This document shows positions 7,404 to 17,400 of a stretch of DNA of 31,579 nucleotides, in pieces. Below the pieces are notes generated by a model. The model was not told the origin of the DNA and ran no database searches. It was given only the letters and a program-made list of their open reading frames with translations. The DNA is taken from IMG/VR virus record IMGVR_UViG_3300042314_001251, positions 1 through 31,579 of that record. One strand, 5' to 3'. Position 1 is the first letter of the stretch. Every line of letters starts with the position of its first letter. The DNA comes from a virus (lineage: Duplodnaviria > Heunggongvirae > Uroviricota > Caudoviricetes). The position numbers were made by a program, and so were the translations under genes.

Positions 7404-9266
7404 ATGGAATTATCAAATCAGATTCTATCAGACATTACTGTCTACATGAAATACGCTAAGTATTTACCAGAAAAACAAAGAAGAGAAACTTGGGAAGAGT
7501 TGGTGACAAGAAACAAAGAAATGCACCAAAAAAAATATTCTCATTTAAAAGAAGAAATTGAAACCGTTTATAAAATGGTTTATGACCGTAAAGTTTTACC
7601 ATCCATGCGTTCATTACAGTTTGGGGGGAGACCAATTGAAATCTCACCAAACAGAGTTTATAACTGTGCTTTCTTACCGATTGACCACATTGATGCATTT
7701 CCAGAAACAATGTTCTTATTGTTAGGGGGTACAGGTGTAGGTTATTCAGTACAAAAACACCACGTTGATAAGTTACCTGAAATTAGAAAACCAGACCCAA
7801 ACAGAACTAGACGATATGTAGTTAGTGATTCAATTGAAGGATGGGCTGACGCAATCAAAGTTTTGATGAAATCTTATTTTGGGGTTAATTCATCAACACC
7901 TATCTTTGATTTCTCAGACATCAGACCAAAAGGAGCTTTATTGGTTACATCAGGTGGTAAAGCACCAGGTCCACAACCACTTAAAGATTGTGTTCACAAT
8001 ATTAAAAAAGTGTTGGATGCTAAGGTAGATAGAGAAAAACTAACAACACTAGAAACACATGATATTGTATGTCACATTGCTGACGCAGTATTAGCTGGTG
8101 GTATCAGAAGAGCAGCACTTATCTCATTATTTTCAGCTGACGATGATGAAATGATTTCGTGTAAATCAGGACCTTGGTGGGAACTTAATCCACAAAGAGG
8201 TAGAGCTAATAACTCAGCAGTTCTATTAAGAAACAAAATCACTAAAGAATTCTTTATGGATTTGTGGAAAAGAGTCGAGTTATCTGGAGCTGGTGAACCT
8301 GGAATTTATTTTTCTTACGACAAAGATTGGGGAACTAACCCTTGTTGTGAAATTGCTCTTAGACCTTATCAGTTCTGTAATCTTTGTGAGGTTAACGTAT
8401 CAAACATTGAATCACAAGAAGACTTGAATGAGAGAGTTAAAGCGGCAGCATTTATTGGTACGTTACAAGCTGGTTACACAGATTTTCATTACCTAAGAGA
8501 TGTATGGAAACGAACTACCGAGAAAGACGCCTTAATCGGGGTATCAATGACAGGAATTGGTTCAGGTGTTGTATTGGGTTATAATATGACTGAAGCTGCT
8601 GAAATGGTTAACGCTGAAAATGAAAGAGTAGCTAATTTAATTAATATTAATCCTGCAGCAAGAACAACAACTGTTAAACCAGCTGGTACAACATCATTAA
8701 CACTTGGAACTTCTTCAGGTATTCACGCTTGGCATAACGATTATTATGTTAGAAGAGTTAGAGTTGGTAAAAATGAGGCTATTTACACATACCTTTCTAT
8801 CTACCACCCTGAACTAGTTGAGGACGAAGTATTTAGACCACACGATACAGCAGTTATTTCTGTACCACAAAAATCACCACTAGGCTCAATCCTTAGACAT
8901 GAGTCACCTTTTGAACTTTTGGAAAGAGTTAAAAAAGTATCACAAGAATGGATTAAACCTGGACATAGAACAGGACAAAATACACATAACGTTTCAGCAA
9001 CAATTTCATTGAAGGATGAAGATTGGGATTTGGCAGGTGAATGGATGTGGACTAATCGTAAATTCTATAACGGATTGTCAGTTTTACCTTATAATGGAGG
9101 TACCTACCAACAAGCTCCTTTTGAAGATTGTGATGAGGAAACTTACCATAGAATGATGAAATCTCTATCTAACATAGATTTATCTAAAGTAGTAGAACTT
9201 TCTGATAATACTGACCTTAGTGGTGAGTTGGCTTGTAGTGGTGGAGCAGGATGTGAAGTGAAGTAA
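7404..9266 (+). CDS. nrdJ: class II (adenosylcobalamin-dependent) monomeric ribonucleotide reductase
   Basis: PSMRSLQFGG, YNCAF, GGIRRAALISL, GTNPCCEIAL (radical Cys), TTVKPAGTTS, C-terminal redox pair CSGGAGC. No intein-sized insertion. Confidence 0.92.
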   Translation: MELSNQILSDITVYMKYAKYLPEKQRRETWEELVTRNKEMHQKKYSHLKEEIETVYKMVYDRKVLPSMRSLQFGGRPIEISPNRVYNCAFLPIDHIDAFPETMFLLLGGTGVGYSVQKHHVDKLPEIRKPDPNRTRRYVVSDSIEGWADAIKVLMKSYFGVNSSTPIFDFSDIRPKGALLVTSGGKAPGPQPLKDCVHNIKKVLDAKVDREKLTTLETHDIVCHIADAVLAGGIRRAALISLFSADDDEMISCKSGPWWELNPQRGRANNSAVLLRNKITKEFFMDLWKRVELSGAGEPGIYFSYDKDWGTNPCCEIALRPYQFCNLCEVNVSNIESQEDLNERVKAAAFIGTLQAGYTDFHYLRDVWKRTTEKDALIGVSMTGIGSGVVLGYNMTEAAEMVNAENERVANLININPAARTTTVKPAGTTSLTLGTSSGIHAWHNDYYVRRVRVGKNEAIYTYLSIYHPELVEDEVFRPHDTAVISVPQKSPLGSILRHESPFELLERVKKVSQEWIKPGHRTGQNTHNVSATISLKDEDWDLAGEWMWTNRKFYNGLSVLPYNGGTYQQAPFEDCDEETYHRMMKSLSNIDLSKVVELSDNTDLSGELACSGGAGCEVK

Positions 9267-9312
9267 TATTCATAACTTTATATAACATCATAAAAAGTAA
9301 TGGTTAAAAATT

Positions 9313-9337
9313 AAACCCCTCACACGAGGGGTTTTTT
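9313..9337 (+). terminator. intrinsic terminator after nrdJ
   Basis: Stem AAACCCCTC (9313-9321) / GAGGGGTTT (9326-9334), ACAC loop, T6 run. Confidence 0.9.
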
Positions 9338-9353
9338 ATGCTTAAAATTTACA

Positions 9354-9398
9354 TTTCATATTTATGGTATAAATTGTATAATTGAATATTTATAAATA
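9354..9398 (+). promoter_or_regulatory. stacked promoters for the baseplate operon
   Basis: TTTCAT-N17-TATAATT (9354-9383) followed by ATATTTATAA (9386-9395). 9387-9398 TATTTATAAATA is a perfect palindrome containing the T4-type TATAAATA box. Confidence 0.55.
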
Positions 9399-9405
9399 AA
9401 AAGAA

Positions 9406-9810
9406 ATGGCAGAAAGGTTTATAAACATAGCATTCCCATTTAGGGATGACGATACGAAAAACTATTTTCTTAAAATGAATAAGAATAGTTATGATGCTAT
9501 TAAATCTGATTTATTACATCTTTTATTAACAACACCAGGGGATAGATTATATCTACCCGACTTTGGTACAAATCTAAAACAATTTCTATTTGAACCAAAC
9601 GACAATCAAGTTAGAGATGACATTAGGAACGAAGTTCAAAACGCAGTTAGTAAATACATACCAAATTTAACAATAACAACATTAACTGTAGATAGACCCG
9701 ATAGTAGTGAATACAATGGTAAGGGAGACCATTCCGCGGTAGTAAGGATAGATTATATTGTAACAGAAGGGGCATTAAATAAAGTAGATTTTGTAACTAT
9801 CACAGTTTAA
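9406..9810 (+). CDS. gp25: gp25-like baseplate wedge / sheath-initiation protein
   Basis: LLLTTPGDRLYLPDFGTNLKQFLFEP is the GPW/gp25 signature. Size 134 aa, upstream of a gp6-like gene. Confidence 0.9.
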   Translation: MAERFINIAFPFRDDDTKNYFLKMNKNSYDAIKSDLLHLLLTTPGDRLYLPDFGTNLKQFLFEPNDNQVRDDIRNEVQNAVSKYIPNLTITTLTVDRPDSSEYNGKGDHSAVVRIDYIVTEGALNKVDFVTITV

Positions 9811-9822
9811 ATAAAAAAAAAT

Positions 9823-11694
9823 ATGGCAACACAAAGTAAAAAAATAAATTATTTTGCGAGGAACTTCGCTGATGTAAGAACCGAACTAGTTAATTTCATT
9901 AAATTATATTACCCAGAAGTATTTTCTGATTTTAATGACGCATCAGTAGGGATGATGTTATTAGAGTTAAATGCGGCTGTTGGAGATATGTTATCCAATC
10001 ACACAGACCGAATGTTTAACGAAACTTTTTTGGATTATGCACAAGAAAGAAAAAATGTTTTAGCTATAGCAAGAACATTGGGGTTAAAAGTACCAGGTCT
10101 AAGACCTAGTATTACTTTAGTAGATTACTCCGTTGTAGTACCTGTATACGGTGATACATGGGATATTAGATACGCACCAACGATTAGATACGGTTCACAA
10201 GTTTTAGGTGGTGGACAAGTATTTGAAAATTTAGAGGATATAGACTTTTCTTCACCTTATACTGTAGGTGGTACACCTAATAGATTAATTCTACCTAACA
10301 TAGATGATAATGGTACATTACAAAATTATACTATAGTTAAAAGAGAGTTAGTAATTAATGGTTTAACGAAAATCTTTAAAAAGAGTATCTCACAAAGTGA
10401 GTCAGTACCTTTCTTTGAAATATTTTTACCTGATACAAACGTACTTTCAATTGAAAGTATAATAAATCTTGAAGGTACAAATTATAGTAATAACCCAACA
10501 ATAGACCAGTTCATTGACCCAGATTTAAGATGGTATGAAATGGATTCGTTAGCTGAAGATAAAGTTTTTATTGAAGACACTAGTAGAACTACTGATAATG
10601 AAGCGGTTAAACCTGGTAAGTATGTTCACACAACAAGAAAATTTGTTAGAGAATTTACTGATAATAATTACTGTAAATTAACTTTTGGTAGTGGTGTTAG
10701 TACAGACGATGAACAATTACAAAACATATCTACAACTGGTATAAAAATAGGTGACTTTATAAATACTACAGCTTTAGGTGAAATAATTAAACCAAACACA
10801 ACCTTATTTATTAGATATAGAGTTGGTGGTGGACCTAGTAGTAATATAGGACCTAATGCTATAAACGCAATTGGTAATGTTACTTTAAATGTAAATGGAC
10901 CCAACACACCAACAAATCAATCGGTAATAAGGTCGTTAAGAGTTAATAACCCAATTCCAGCAATAGGTGGAGCTGGGGTACCTTCAGTTGACCAAATAAG
11001 ACAATATACAAAGTATAATTTTGCCTCACAAAATAGAGCGGTTACTATTAAAGATTATGAAGCTATTTTAGCTAAAATACCTGGTAGATACGGCTCACCT
11101 TATAGACATAAAATAGCTGAGGAACAAAATAAAGTAATTATTTATACACTAGGTTTAGATGCTTCAGGTAAGTTAACAAACCAATCTACTAATACTCTAA
11201 AAGAAAATATAGCAACTTGGTTATCAGATTATAGAATGATAAATGATTACGTATTAGTTGGTGATGGTAAAGTAGTTAACCTAGGATTTGAAATAGACTT
11301 ATTTATAGATAAACAGATTAATCAATCAGAATTAATTAATAACGTTATTACTAGTGTTAAAAATTATTTTGATGTTAAGAAGTGGGAAATGGGTGATAAT
11401 ATTTATATCGCTCAATTGGTTGAAAACATTAATAATGTTGGTGGTGTACTAAATGTTATTGATATAAGAGCTTACAATTTAATAAGTTCTCCTTATTCAT
11501 TAAACCAAACATCACAAAATTTCATACCAGAATCTTTAGTAAATGGTGTTATACCATTTAATAATGGTAAACTAATTGATTTAGGTTCTGATTACGCTTT
11601 ATTTGGTGATATAGACTCTATGTTTGAAATTAAGTTCCCTGAAAGGGATATAAAAGTAAGGATTAAGAGAAGTTCGACTGTAACTGAAGGGTAA
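9823..11694 (+). CDS. gp6: baseplate wedge subunit, T4 gp6 / baseplate J-like
   Basis: RNFADVRTELVNF, YAQERKNVLAIARTLG, YRVGGG, FASQNRAVTIKDY motifs. Length (623 aa) is close to T4 gp6. Confidence 0.85.
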   Translation: MATQSKKINYFARNFADVRTELVNFIKLYYPEVFSDFNDASVGMMLLELNAAVGDMLSNHTDRMFNETFLDYAQERKNVLAIARTLGLKVPGLRPSITLVDYSVVVPVYGDTWDIRYAPTIRYGSQVLGGGQVFENLEDIDFSSPYTVGGTPNRLILPNIDDNGTLQNYTIVKRELVINGLTKIFKKSISQSESVPFFEIFLPDTNVLSIESIINLEGTNYSNNPTIDQFIDPDLRWYEMDSLAEDKVFIEDTSRTTDNEAVKPGKYVHTTRKFVREFTDNNYCKLTFGSGVSTDDEQLQNISTTGIKIGDFINTTALGEIIKPNTTLFIRYRVGGGPSSNIGPNAINAIGNVTLNVNGPNTPTNQSVIRSLRVNNPIPAIGGAGVPSVDQIRQYTKYNFASQNRAVTIKDYEAILAKIPGRYGSPYRHKIAEEQNKVIIYTLGLDASGKLTNQSTNTLKENIATWLSDYRMINDYVLVGDGKVVNLGFEIDLFIDKQINQSELINNVITSVKNYFDVKKWEMGDNIYIAQLVENINNVGGVLNVIDIRAYNLISSPYSLNQTSQNFIPESLVNGVIPFNNGKLIDLGSDYALFGDIDSMFEIKFPERDIKVRIKRSSTVTEG

Positions 11695-11696
11695 CA

Positions 11697-13511
11697 ATGG
11701 AAAGAATTGAACAACTATTGGGTAGGGCTAGATATAAAATGGCCCCTGACACTAATTTTAACTATAAATTAAATTTAGATAGCAGCCTTAGTCCGTTAAA
11801 AAATAATTTTAATAAAATTATTTCAATCCTTAGTGCAGACCAAGTTTTTCAAGATGAAAGAGACAATTCTACAAAATATAGAATTCTAGGTAGATTAAAC
11901 ATTATTACCGACAATTCAATTAATTACACAGCAACAACAGTTACAACAGGGGCTAACCCACAAACTATTGGTATAACAAGACCAAACAATTCTGATTGGA
12001 CCCCACTTTTTGGTTCTGGTAATGTAATAACTAATCAAAACCCACCTATACCAAATAATTGGGTTTTACAAATACTGTACCCTAGTAAAATTGATAAATA
12101 CACTAAAGTAGGAGACAATCAGGCTTATAAAGGTATTACTATAAAAAATTTAATTTCTACTGACCCTTCTGGCACTAAAGAACAAGTTTTATTGGAGACC
12201 CAACAAAAAAATAAATTGGTTGAGGGTGATTTTTGTTACATATACAGTAACACACATAATAGTATTTATACTGGTTTTCATGATGTAGATTTTTTAGGTG
12301 TTAACGGACAGTATTCGGAAACAAAATTTAGGTTAACAACTAAATATATTGGTCCCGATAATGAATTGATTTTAAAAAGAGTGATAAATGTTTCTGATAA
12401 CGACATAAATTTTCTTAACACACAGAACATTATAAAAGTAGTATCTACAGATTTAAGTGGAACCTCTACTAATGCAAATTATACCAAAGTAACTACAGGT
12501 AACCTATCACCCAGCTTTTCAGCATTAACACATAATTTAAGGGTTTCTGATTACATAGACATAAGAACCGTAAATGGACCTTTTATACTCAATGGTTTAT
12601 ATAGGGTTGAAAAAATTATTGATAGATACAATTTTATTATTGATTTAAAAATAAGTAATATACCTGGGTTAAATATTAATAATTTAAGTATACCATTTAG
12701 AAGAATGGATGGTATACCGTCAGATTATTATATAAGAAAATTTACTTTGTTAACAGGTAATGATTACGAAGTTAATAAAGCAACTTCATTTGGTACTAAC
12801 ATTTACCCAAAAACTAAAATTAATAAATTAGCTATAGCTAACGATACTTGGTTATTTACCTTTATACAAGACATAAATACTAAGTTTATATACAGTCATA
12901 AAGACGGTGAATTAACCCAACTATACCTAGGTACAATAAAAAGAGCAGGAGCAAATAATTTTAATTGGTCAGATGTAACCGCTAATTGGGATTTTGAATA
13001 TAGTTACGCAGATAGTTCTAACAAAATAGAAACAATATCACTTAATAACCCAAGCGGTATAGGGACTATTGAAAAAAACATACCCAAAACTAGTGAGTAT
13101 TTTGGTGACTTTGTTGAATATAATAGAGGGGATATTTTAGAAAGAACAGTTTCTAAAATAATACATAGATTTGCTTTAAATACTAATAACACACCCGAAA
13201 AAGGTTATTATATAGACCCTTTCTCTAAATTAGACATTAGGAAATTTTCTAATATTATTGAATCAGCATATGTTGGACAAAACGTTGTTGGTATTCCTGG
13301 TGATTCAGAATTAAGACCTAATGGTTCTCTTGAATGGAGGGATATTCTAGAACCAGGTTATATAGAAAATGGTGACAATGGCGTTAATTACCCATTTTTA
13401 AATGGTGCTAACTATATATATTTAAATAAATTTATATATGTTAGGAGACAAATACCAGAAATAACAATTGAACCTTTAACGGTGAACCCTTCAGCAACAG
13501 TTAAGTGTTAA
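11697..13511 (+). CDS. putative virion/baseplate protein (604 aa) with two HxL-x-x-GD-x-I beta repeats
   Basis: Located in the baseplate operon, beta-rich. Repeats KNKLVEGDFCYI and THNLRVSDYIDI...NGLYRV. Confidence 0.6.
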   Translation: MERIEQLLGRARYKMAPDTNFNYKLNLDSSLSPLKNNFNKIISILSADQVFQDERDNSTKYRILGRLNIITDNSINYTATTVTTGANPQTIGITRPNNSDWTPLFGSGNVITNQNPPIPNNWVLQILYPSKIDKYTKVGDNQAYKGITIKNLISTDPSGTKEQVLLETQQKNKLVEGDFCYIYSNTHNSIYTGFHDVDFLGVNGQYSETKFRLTTKYIGPDNELILKRVINVSDNDINFLNTQNIIKVVSTDLSGTSTNANYTKVTTGNLSPSFSALTHNLRVSDYIDIRTVNGPFILNGLYRVEKIIDRYNFIIDLKISNIPGLNINNLSIPFRRMDGIPSDYYIRKFTLLTGNDYEVNKATSFGTNIYPKTKINKLAIANDTWLFTFIQDINTKFIYSHKDGELTQLYLGTIKRAGANNFNWSDVTANWDFEYSYADSSNKIETISLNNPSGIGTIEKNIPKTSEYFGDFVEYNRGDILERTVSKIIHRFALNTNNTPEKGYYIDPFSKLDIRKFSNIIESAYVGQNVVGIPGDSELRPNGSLEWRDILEPGYIENGDNGVNYPFLNGANYIYLNKFIYVRRQIPEITIEPLTVNPSATVKC

Positions 13512-14497
13512 TGAGTACGTATAGATATAAAATAAGATTAAATTACCCCACAATAACAGGTGGAACAGTAGAACCGATGGTCAACGTAGTTACGGGTACA
13601 CAACAGTTTACTGATTATTTAACTACTTATGCTATTAAACCTGGGCAATCTGGCAATCAATTACAAATACCTAAAAATATCGGTAAAAATTATTTTACCA
13701 AAAGTTCTTTTAGTAATTTAAAAACAGCATTAATTGAAAATATTGGTGGATATTTTGATGTATCAGAGGGTGGTATTTTAATTTCTTCAGGTAATACAAT
13801 AAACCCTGATTATAATTACAAAAATATTAACATACCTATAAATGTTAAATTTGAGGTTGTAGATTATTCTGATGATATCGATAATTTTATTGAAAGAGAA
13901 AAGAAAAAAGCCATAAACCCAATTATAGATGGAGAAAAAGTTAAATACATCCCTGAAAATTATAATACTGTAACTATAAATTTTAGATTTTATAATAAGG
14001 ATAGTGGTATGTATGATACCCCTAATTATATTACCGCTGGATTTGTACCACAAGATATTGGTGTTAAAAATAACTTTAAAAAAAGTTTTTTTAGGTTATA
14101 TTTTTATGACAGTAATAATAATAAAAAACAAAATTTATTGTCATCAGAAGATATATCTGCTAATGGTAGTACAATGCCTTCGTTTAATTTAAATAAAATT
14201 TATTGGTTAATGTCCGACAACCCAATTACAGGTACGGGTAATAAAAAAATTTATATGGAGGCTAGATTTTTTAACGCTAAAACAGGTAGAGTCCATAGAT
14301 TTTTTAATGTACCAATTTATATTGCGTCACCAATAACTGTAAGTGATTTAGCTAATAACCAAACTTGGAAAACAAGCCAAATCACTATTTTAAACCCTAC
14401 TACTAATAACGGTAATCGTTGGTTTAGGGTAGAACCAGGTATTGGTGCAAACACACAAAATACAATAACAATGACAGAATTTATATTAAGTACATAA
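13511..14497 (+). CDS. putative virion/baseplate protein (about 328 aa)
   Basis: ATG at 13511 overlaps the upstream TAA (TAATG) and is preferred over the GTG at 13505. Contains KKSFFRLYFYD and YMEARFFNAKTG. Confidence 0.65.
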   Translation: MSTYRYKIRLNYPTITGGTVEPMVNVVTGTQQFTDYLTTYAIKPGQSGNQLQIPKNIGKNYFTKSSFSNLKTALIENIGGYFDVSEGGILISSGNTINPDYNYKNINIPINVKFEVVDYSDDIDNFIEREKKKAINPIIDGEKVKYIPENYNTVTINFRFYNKDSGMYDTPNYITAGFVPQDIGVKNNFKKSFFRLYFYDSNNNKKQNLLSSEDISANGSTMPSFNLNKIYWLMSDNPITGTGNKKIYMEARFFNAKTGRVHRFFNVPIYIASPITVSDLANNQTWKTSQITILNPTTNNGNRWFRVEPGIGANTQNTITMTEFILST

Positions 14498-17400
14498 TGA
14501 GTTTTTATGATAGAAAGATACCTTATTATAAGTCATTTAAATTAATTGATAGTGATGGGGATGGTATTAAAGATACCATTGTCTATCGACCTATTTCCGA
14601 TTTTTATTATATACAATTTGGTTTAGAACAAGATATTAAAAATATTGGTCATTATATAAAAGGTGAAGGAAAACCTAAATTTGAATTAGTAGATTTTAGT
14701 AGTATATGGAATGAAGGTCTTGTAATATCTAATCCAGGTCATAACACGAGTAGTTCTGGTAACACCACTACTACGCCAACACCCATTTGTATTGACATAA
14801 GAGATTGGAGTGTTTTTAATCCTTGGCCACAAGGAGACACTTTACCAATATCTGAGGGTAATTTAATTTGGTTAACAACCACAGACATAGACGCAGCAAA
14901 TTTACAAGTTGGGCAACAGATAATTTTATCTGGTATGGATGTAACCCCAGTCAACCAAACATGTAAAGGTGAAACTAATTTAACAACCCTTAATTTAACA
15001 ACTGATATTGTTGCAATATGGGGACCATATTTAGGTAGTTGGAGTATAGCTACTTCAATATATTTTAACACACAGACAGGTGATTACACAAATGGTTTAT
15101 GTACAGCCGCAGAAAATTACGGTGTTATAAGTGTCTTAGGTAGTGGTAAAGCTTGTGTTACTACATCATCTAATGGTGGTGACACACTACAACCAGTAGA
15201 ATTTTGTAATGACCCAAGTGCGAGTAATTATGATGTTTCATTAGTTGGTGTTAATGGATACACACCATGTTTTGACAATACTTGTTGTACTTACAATAGT
15301 GTAGAAAATTATAAAAAATCGGCTAACAGTGGTTATGATGAATTAAATTGCTTAGCATTTTATACTGATTGGGGCCCTTGGAATGATAATCTTTTATTAA
15401 ACGATACACAACAATTATTTATTAAAAAAACAGATTGTACCTTAACATTAAGGTTAATAAATCAATTAGACGGTGAGAATAACTTTACTAAAGGTGGTTG
15501 GTATGGTGCTTCTGTAAAAATAGAAATCGATGAAGGTAATGGTTTTATGCCATTATTACCTGGAAATACTTTAATACAAAATTTAGATAACGATATATCT
15601 TTTAATCAAAGTAAGGAATCTTATACGTTAGATAATAAAGTTAGAATATGGAAAGCAAAATCAACAACTACTATTCCTAAATATTATACAACAAAACCTT
15701 ATAGGGATATTATTTTAAAACCAAATACTAATACAAAAGTTAAAATTACTTACATAAATTCTGATGAAAATATCAGTGAATACGAAAAATATGCTAAATA
15801 TTTAAGACTACAACTAATAAAGGGTAGTACGTCATCACCCACACCTACACCACCTACACCAACAACAGACGTGAGTAGTTTTGTATGGTCACAAAATATA
15901 TCAGAAATAAATACTTTTTTAGGGACACCGAGTAACAGACAAAATAATGGTGAAACTTTTCATTATATATCTAATGGTTCGGTAGAGGTTAAAGGTAAAA
16001 CGTGGTCAGATTATTTAATGGGATATAAAAACCCTAGTAATATAGTTCCTTGGGCACCATCAACAACAGGTATAGCTGTTGGTACATTTTATGCTAACCC
16101 TATAGTTACTGTTCTAAATGATTTTGGTGATTCAATTAATACTACAGTAATCGATAATAGTAGTAATAATAGTTTAAATTATTTTAGTAATCCTAATGAA
16201 TTATTAAAAGAATTAACTTTTACCTGTTCAGTAAAAGAAAATTATGTTTCTTATTTTGATAGAAACGGTGATGGGTTTATTGAATACAGTAAAAGTTATC
16301 CTAAAATAAATTCAGAAAATAGTAGTTCAGTAGATATTGGTTTATTTAGTAAAACTAGATACGATTCACCTTATATATTTTTAAAACCTGGAACTAAAGA
16401 TAATACAGAATTTTTAAATGATAATCCATTAACAAAAACTACGGTACAACAAAGTGACGCACCAGTTGGACCTAGTTCCCATGGTGGTTGGAAAAACTAC
16501 GCTTATGTTGCCACAAATTTAATAAACACATTAAATAATAATCTTACATATTCTTTTACAAATGTCTCACCGACATGTCAATTAGGTGGATTTAATAATT
16601 TAAGTGAGATTGATATTAATTTAGTAGACCAGTCGAATAGTAATATATTTTTACAACAACCTTATTTTACGTTAACAACATCAAATCCAACGAAAGAAGC
16701 TACTTTTGGTACTGGGACAACAGTACCACATTTATGGAATTATGGATTCAGTAATGCTAAAGGTGGTTGTTGTGCCAAATCTTATAGTAGTTCATTAGAT
16801 ATATCGACATCAGGACCTTATTTTAATAGTAAGTGCTCAAGTTGTCATGGACAAATGACACCTAGGTCAGCACAAACGGTTTTAGATAGAGGAACTAAAA
16901 TAGCTATGCAAACAACAGACAGTGATGTTTATTACGGACCTTTTTATGACCCACAAAACCCAACCTATAATGGGTATGGATTAGCATTCTCTAAAGCAAA
17001 TAAATTTTGTCGTGATGTAAAAAACAAAAATGGTGTTTTAGTAGATACATCTGAAATAGGTGTTAGTACAGACGCTTTATATGTTGGTGGTATATTACAT
17101 GGTGGGGCTGTACAATATAAACCTAACACTGATTTCACTAATAATTATGGGGTTACGGAAGCAATACAACTAGGGTTTGATGAAATTGGGGTTACAGAAG
17201 CTAACAGTACTTGTTTAAGCGGCACCAAAATACCCCTTAAATGTAGGAGAGTTGTTAATGACCCTAACTGTCCCAACAACAATTGTATGAAATGTCTTTT
17301 TTGTTTTAAATGTAATTCAGAAGATAAACAACCTGGCATATTTACAGGTAATAACGGGGACTCAAATGGACCTAGTGATGGAATAACTTATTTAGGATGA
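14497..17400 (+). CDS. large mosaic putative virion protein (967 aa), Cys-rich
   Basis: TAATG coupling. 24 Cys by my count. Contains CNDPSASNY...CCTY motif, PT linker, two DxDxDG-like motifs, CSSCH and a C-terminal CxxCxxCxxC cluster. Confidence 0.65.
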   Translation: MSFYDRKIPYYKSFKLIDSDGDGIKDTIVYRPISDFYYIQFGLEQDIKNIGHYIKGEGKPKFELVDFSSIWNEGLVISNPGHNTSSSGNTTTTPTPICIDIRDWSVFNPWPQGDTLPISEGNLIWLTTTDIDAANLQVGQQIILSGMDVTPVNQTCKGETNLTTLNLTTDIVAIWGPYLGSWSIATSIYFNTQTGDYTNGLCTAAENYGVISVLGSGKACVTTSSNGGDTLQPVEFCNDPSASNYDVSLVGVNGYTPCFDNTCCTYNSVENYKKSANSGYDELNCLAFYTDWGPWNDNLLLNDTQQLFIKKTDCTLTLRLINQLDGENNFTKGGWYGASVKIEIDEGNGFMPLLPGNTLIQNLDNDISFNQSKESYTLDNKVRIWKAKSTTTIPKYYTTKPYRDIILKPNTNTKVKITYINSDENISEYEKYAKYLRLQLIKGSTSSPTPTPPTPTTDVSSFVWSQNISEINTFLGTPSNRQNNGETFHYISNGSVEVKGKTWSDYLMGYKNPSNIVPWAPSTTGIAVGTFYANPIVTVLNDFGDSINTTVIDNSSNNSLNYFSNPNELLKELTFTCSVKENYVSYFDRNGDGFIEYSKSYPKINSENSSSVDIGLFSKTRYDSPYIFLKPGTKDNTEFLNDNPLTKTTVQQSDAPVGPSSHGGWKNYAYVATNLINTLNNNLTYSFTNVSPTCQLGGFNNLSEIDINLVDQSNSNIFLQQPYFTLTTSNPTKEATFGTGTTVPHLWNYGFSNAKGGCCAKSYSSSLDISTSGPYFNSKCSSCHGQMTPRSAQTVLDRGTKIAMQTTDSDVYYGPFYDPQNPTYNGYGLAFSKANKFCRDVKNKNGVLVDTSEIGVSTDALYVGGILHGGAVQYKPNTDFTNNYGVTEAIQLGFDEIGVTEANSTCLSGTKIPLKCRRVVNDPNCPNNNCMKCLFCFKCNSEDKQPGIFTGNNGDSNGPSDGITYLG

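Noticed and set aside
2281-9266. Inteins, introns or homing endonucleases in recombinase, helicase or RNR (common hosts)
   Set aside because: Protein lengths match the uninterrupted families. No C/S...HN intein ends or LAGLIDADG/HNH/GIY-YIG motifs are visible.
9267-9405. tRNA or structured ncRNA in the largest intergenic gaps (also 2157-2280)
   Set aside because: The space is accounted for by terminators and promoter motifs. No cloverleaf, TTC-loop or additional GC-rich stems are present.
16834-16848. Bona fide cytochrome c
   Set aside because: Single CxxCH in a Cys-rich protein without a signal peptide, so chance occurrence is plausible. Kept only as a metal-site candidate.
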